The notes under the pieces: generated by a model
Seen by the model: only the letters and a program-made list of their open reading frames with translations
The model's database searches: none
What the model was told of the DNA's origin: nothing
Program-made: the position numbers and the translations under genes
Origin: Lama guanicoe
Taxonomy: Eukaryota
Length of the DNA: 64,000 bases
Assembly: GCA_013239625.1 (NCBI GenBank)
Contig: MU053934.1
Span: 2,312,399 to 2,376,398 of the forward strand
Reading direction: 5' to 3'
In this document: piece by piece, positions 59,223-64,000 of the stretch
How the letters are laid out: the number at the start of each line of letters is the position of its first letter
Position numbering within the stretch: position 1 is the stretch's first letter

Positions 59223-62200
59223 CCACGAGGCTCGCACAGCCGCGATGTGACATCAGCCCCGACAGGAAGTACAGAAGGAAGGGAACAGGCCGGTTCACCA
59301 ACAGCCGCTGCGCGGGACTGACTCATCAGAGCGCTCGCTAAGACAATGCCTCCGGAGGTTCCAACGGGGCCGCTCGCTGGAGAGAGGGGGGACACCTGGA
59401 AGGGTGCCCTGCCCATGGGACTCGTCTTCAGGCCAACCAAATTTCTCGAGAACTGAGATGCTGATACGGGCCGAGATGGGGTGCGACAAACGGCACGACC
59501 CATGACAAACAGGCCTGAGACTTTCCACCACCAAGGGGGCTGTCTTTCATGAAACCTGCAGAGCAGATCCCAGGGTCACCCACTGTGTGAGTCCCTGCCC
59601 CCGACACCTGGACGGAAGCCTCAGGCTGCTGGGGACAGACGCCTGGACTGCAGTTACTTTCCCGAGACCCTCTCGGGGACAGCATCCAGGGTCTCAATGG
59701 GCCAAAATGCAAAGCACTTCACCAGGTATAAAACGTGGAGAGACCTGTGGGTTCGAGCTCAGAACCCAGGGGCTGGGATGGCTCTAAAGAGCACGTGGCC
59801 AATCACCTACATCTGGAGGTCAGGACACCAAGTCCCGAGAAACCCAACGACTTGGTCAAAGTCACACAAACTGGGCTAAGAACCCAGACCTCCGGATGCC
59901 AAGCTCTTCCCCACGGAGCCCCCACAGGGCAGGGCACGCTGTGCCACCGGCAGTGCTGCACCGAACAGGCCATCCCCACTCATGCAGTGTCTGTCACGTG
60001 GGCCTTGCAAGCTGTCAGCTACTTTCTCCAGAGCCAGCCCAACTCACGAGCTCGGATGACAAGCGCTCGGGAAGCAAACAGAGAGGTGAGGAAAAGCGGG
60101 TGCAAAACGATGCTTTCCACCAGCAGAGACGGGAGGTTGACGCGGAGCCTCGGGGGCCTCGGGTCACAGCATCCCTGGCAGCCCGCCCGCCTGCCCAGCA
60201 GTCAGCCAGTGAGGAGGAAAGCCCCACCAGTGGCTTCCAAGCACATAATGTGGTCACCAGCTATGTTCTCTCCAGGCACAAAGGTGGACGCAGACCAAGC
60301 AGACGCTTGATCAGCAGCTATCCAAGCCAGAAGCCAGCTGGACCTGCCCAGCGCCTCCGCCCACGCGCTCCCGCAGGTAAGGCTGTGGTTTGAACCCTGC
60401 CCAGGAGGCCCAGGTGCCCAGTTGTAGGAGGCAGAGAACAGGCAGCCCTCCCCCACCAGCACCCTTGACAATCAGAAAGCAGCCCAAGGGATCACTCTTA
60501 ACTTTCACTCCTTTCGAGAGCAAACAAGGCCCCAGACAAGCCCTCTCTTGGCCCAAATGCAGCCAGCGGCTCACACAGGTGAGCTCCCGGCACGCAGGCA
60601 AACCTGCCAGAAACCACTGCTGGCTGTTTATCCGCCTTCCCGTGGGCGGGGCCAGGAGCAAGAACGTTCTCTGTGTGGGGCTGCCGCTGAGGCAGCTCTC
60701 CTGGGTCTGTCAGGATGGAGGGAGATTGAAAAGCCACATATGAGTGCTGACGGCCGACAGCAGAGGCCACCAGGACACTGGGAGGGACCTGACTACCCCT
60801 GAGGCCAGCTGTGCCCTGCTCCGAAGCAACCCCTTGAGGAAAGGAAAGACAGGCAGGAGGGACCCTGGCTGAGTCCTGTCCAGAGAGCACTAAGCCACAG
60901 GTCACAGCTCTGCAGAGGGCTGGGTTCTCGGGGAAGGACAAGGGGACACAAACAGGGAGTGAGATGGACACTGCCCACCAAAGCTCAGGGCAAACCTAGC
61001 TCCCAGTCAGAGCACAAACAGCCCTCCAAGGAGGACAGTGGGCTTCGCGAGCATCCCATGGATGGGATCAGCCAAACGTGGCGAATGGGGAACACCAAGG
61101 CTAGGAGATGAACCACAATGGCTCATGGGGGTGCTCCGTGCAGAAGCCAGCGGCTCTGGTCGCCTTGAGAAGCACAATCTAATGAAATCAAAGATGTGCT
61201 GGTAACTGTTAGGGCAGAGTTTGCTCCTCAAGCACAGCTTTCAGCTCAGAGTCCTGCCCCATTGTATCTGTGGTCCAGCTCGTGTTAGGGAGACCAGCTC
61301 TTCATCGGAAGTCACCAAGCCCAACTGCAATGACACCCCGAGCCCCAGTGAGCATTGTCTTTGCCAGAAGAACACAAGGGTCCTCACAGTTTATGACAAA
61401 GGTCAACGCTGGGCCATTAGCCTTGCTCAAGACTAAACGAATTTTACAGAAGCCACTTATGTTACCCTGACTTTTACGCGTGCAGACTTTCAGGGCTCTT
61501 ATCTCTCTTTAGTTTTAGGGACTTTTGTTCTCCTCTGATAGCTTAATTCCAGAAACCAGCAAGGGGAAGGAAAGCCATTCTTTCCTCCAAATGCAGCAGT
61601 GTTCAGCCCTGACACACTGGGACCTGCTCTCCTGGAGTCTCAAGGCCAGAACTTGAGAGAACGGGAAAAACGAGCTGGTAGGGTTCACTCGGCAGCGAGA
61701 GAGAAACGCGTTCAGGGAGGCTCGAAGCACAGAGCAGCTTAGCCATTAGATTTTGCAGGTGAGTTTTGTTGTTTGTTCATTTGCAGGGAATTGGGGGGAA
61801 GTGGGGAGGAGTCGCAGAGCCATCCCTAAAGTTTCAGGTTCCGAGAGGGCATTTCCTTCTCCCCTCCCACTTCAGCCGGCCCACAGCAAAGCAAAGTGTG
61901 CCTATTGGGGTGAACTAAAAACAAAACAAAAAAGCAAGCCAAAAGCTGAATCCTTTGAAAGGATCCATTAACCACAGATTCCTCTTCTAGAAAGAACATT
62001 TTACGGAAATGAGACTGACAGGTGTGACCACATAATTACGCAGCCTCATTCTGGGGGTGACTCTCCTTCCTGGGGGGGCCAGCGAAGTAGCTCCATAGCC
62101 AGGCTGTCATGTGCAGGTGGCGGGCCCAGGGCTGCCTGTCACAGCGGCCCTCTGGTGTCCCACCAGTACAGAGGATGACTCCAGTGCTGTGTGCACAACG

Positions 62201-64000
62201 TTCTGTTGAAGCCCCCCGAGGCCATGTGGACCCCAAGGCCTCAGGTTGCCCACTCCAGGCCGTGGACCAGATCAGACAAGCTGGTGGCTGTGTCTGCTGG
62301 CGCACGCCTGTGTGTCACATGATCACTGCCAGGACAGCAGCTTCGACAAATCACTTCCCATGGTGCTGGTACCCAGAGCCTGGACTCTGGGAGGATGCTC
62401 ACTGAGGAGATTAAGAAGCTGTCTGAGGAAGCAACTGGTTATCACTTTCATCACGCAAGTGGGTGCCCGGAGGGAAGGGACGTGTGATGCGCAGACCGCG
62501 CGGAGGGCAGGGCCATTCAGCCAGGAAACTGCATCTGCAGGCTTCCACCGCCACCTCCTAACGGGCACTCATCACAGGCCAGGCACCGTCCACACGGCAT
62601 TTTGGTTAATTCTTACAGTAACCCTACCTAGTATATCTTCTCAAGCCCAGAGGCAGACGAGAAAGTGAAGGCCCACAGTGGACCCCGGTGGGTCAGGATG
62701 TGACAGAGCCAGACTCCACCTCGAACAAACTTCGTGCTCTCTTTTCCACACACTTCTTGCTCACAGGGCAAGTTTCTCCCTCAAGCTAAGGCCGAGAGAG
62801 GCCCAGCAGCAGACTCCTTCTGCTGACCAGCCCTGGAAGTGCTGTCAAAGCCCCCTCACTACCCAGCAGCTGTCAAGCCAGGTGGGCCCCCAAGTGCCAG
62901 ACCCTCACTCCCCTGCTGGAGTCTCTCGGCCTGCCTCTCAGGGCCTCCCCCCGCAGGGCTGCATCCAGCGTGGCCGGCACTCGACTGGCAGGGGTGACCG
63001 TGTGGCAGGGGTGACAGCACGCAGCCCTCGGGCACAGGCGCTCGGTGGCTCCAGACCTCCCTGCAGACAGCAGGGCCTTTGTGTGCCACGGCTGGCAGGG
63101 CTCTCTGGCAGGGCCCGAGCCTTCCAGCCGGCACATTCCTGCTTAAGTGGAGTCATCACATTTGCGGCTTCCTCAGCCTCCTGTCCCGGTGAGTCGGCTC
63201 CAAGTCCGGGTTTACTGCATCCTCGAAGCATTTCCTAGCACCTCCCTGACACGGTGCTTTTCTCCAGAAAAGCCCTTGGAGAGCAGACGGCTCCACGGGG
63301 GCACCAGATGGCAGGGCGGGGAGAAGGTGCAGCGAAGGGCGGGAAGGCCTCTCCTGCCATAACCCGCCAGCCAGATGGGAGAACCCCTCCAAACGCCAGC
63401 CAGGAAGGAGGACGGCCAACGGCGCCCCTGGAGGATGGGCACCAGGACAGGGATCAGAGACACGGCTTCTGGGCTGGCTCTCTGCAAGCCCTTGGACGAA
63501 TCAGTTAACATTTCAGGGCCTGTCCCTTTACCAGTGAAGCATAAGGATTGGACGCAGATGTGAAAAGCAGGCTAGGATTCTACCCTTCTTTGTCTCCCCA
63601 GAAAGGTGAGTCAACCACCAAGAGGTGCAGGGATGCTCGCCGGGCACATGGTGACCGACCACTTCTGGGGCCGCTAAGAGGCAGAGGTGGAATTAGCACA
63701 GAGCAAAGGGTTAAATAGCTCTCGGATTACTTTAGGTCTGGAATGAGAGTGGACCCTGACACCACGCCCCCAGAAATGCTGGGAGCTCATTAAATACCAT
63801 AAAGTCGCTGCAAGTGAACCAAACCTGGCATTCTAACTAATTAACATAGAGGAGAGTTTTTTTCTCTTGCTCCTGGGAAGACAACTGGGCTCAAATTCTT
63901 CAACTGGCCGGTTCTCCTGTAAGAACACATACATACCCACTGAGGGAGACTCTGGGAGGCCAGGAGGACCACTTTCCCCCATCACCCCCCGTTACAGGCC

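Noticed and set aside
55553..64000. MYH9 exons 1-3 or another gene in the right-hand 8 kb
   Set aside because: No N-terminal myosin peptide and no credible spliced ORF found; consistent with a long intron 3 continuing beyond the window.

Overview
Mammalian genomic DNA (no prokaryotic features) spanning the conserved APOL-MYH9 junction. Left: an intact apolipoprotein L family gene on the + strand (3 coding exons, 4448-9011, 339 aa, no signal peptide visible). Two related, degenerate LINE-1 elements bracket it with their 5' ends facing it (1-3299 minus; ~10188-14842 plus, 3'-truncated), and a short L1 tail lies in its 3' UTR. Right: MYH9 (non-muscle myosin heavy chain IIA) on the - strand, tail-to-tail with APOL. 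I resolved 38 coding exons (equivalent to human exons 4-41, 55552 down to 17337, 5393 nt chaining in frame) plus a ~1.4 kb 3' UTR; exons 1-3 lie beyond the window. The most notable details are a 63-nt loop-2 cassette exon (EMQSTQRAYFYQRFPILHLEP), a U12-type intron, three copies of the same SRF CArG decamer in intron 3, candidate loop-1 microexons, and a near-perfect 212-bp tandem duplication next to a G-rich tract. Repeat content tentatively suggests an artiodactyl, possibly a camelid (inference). I found no convincing wholly novel biological system. Most ORFs in the track are GC-rich or antisense shadows. Exon numbering and repeat family names come from recall, not database searches.
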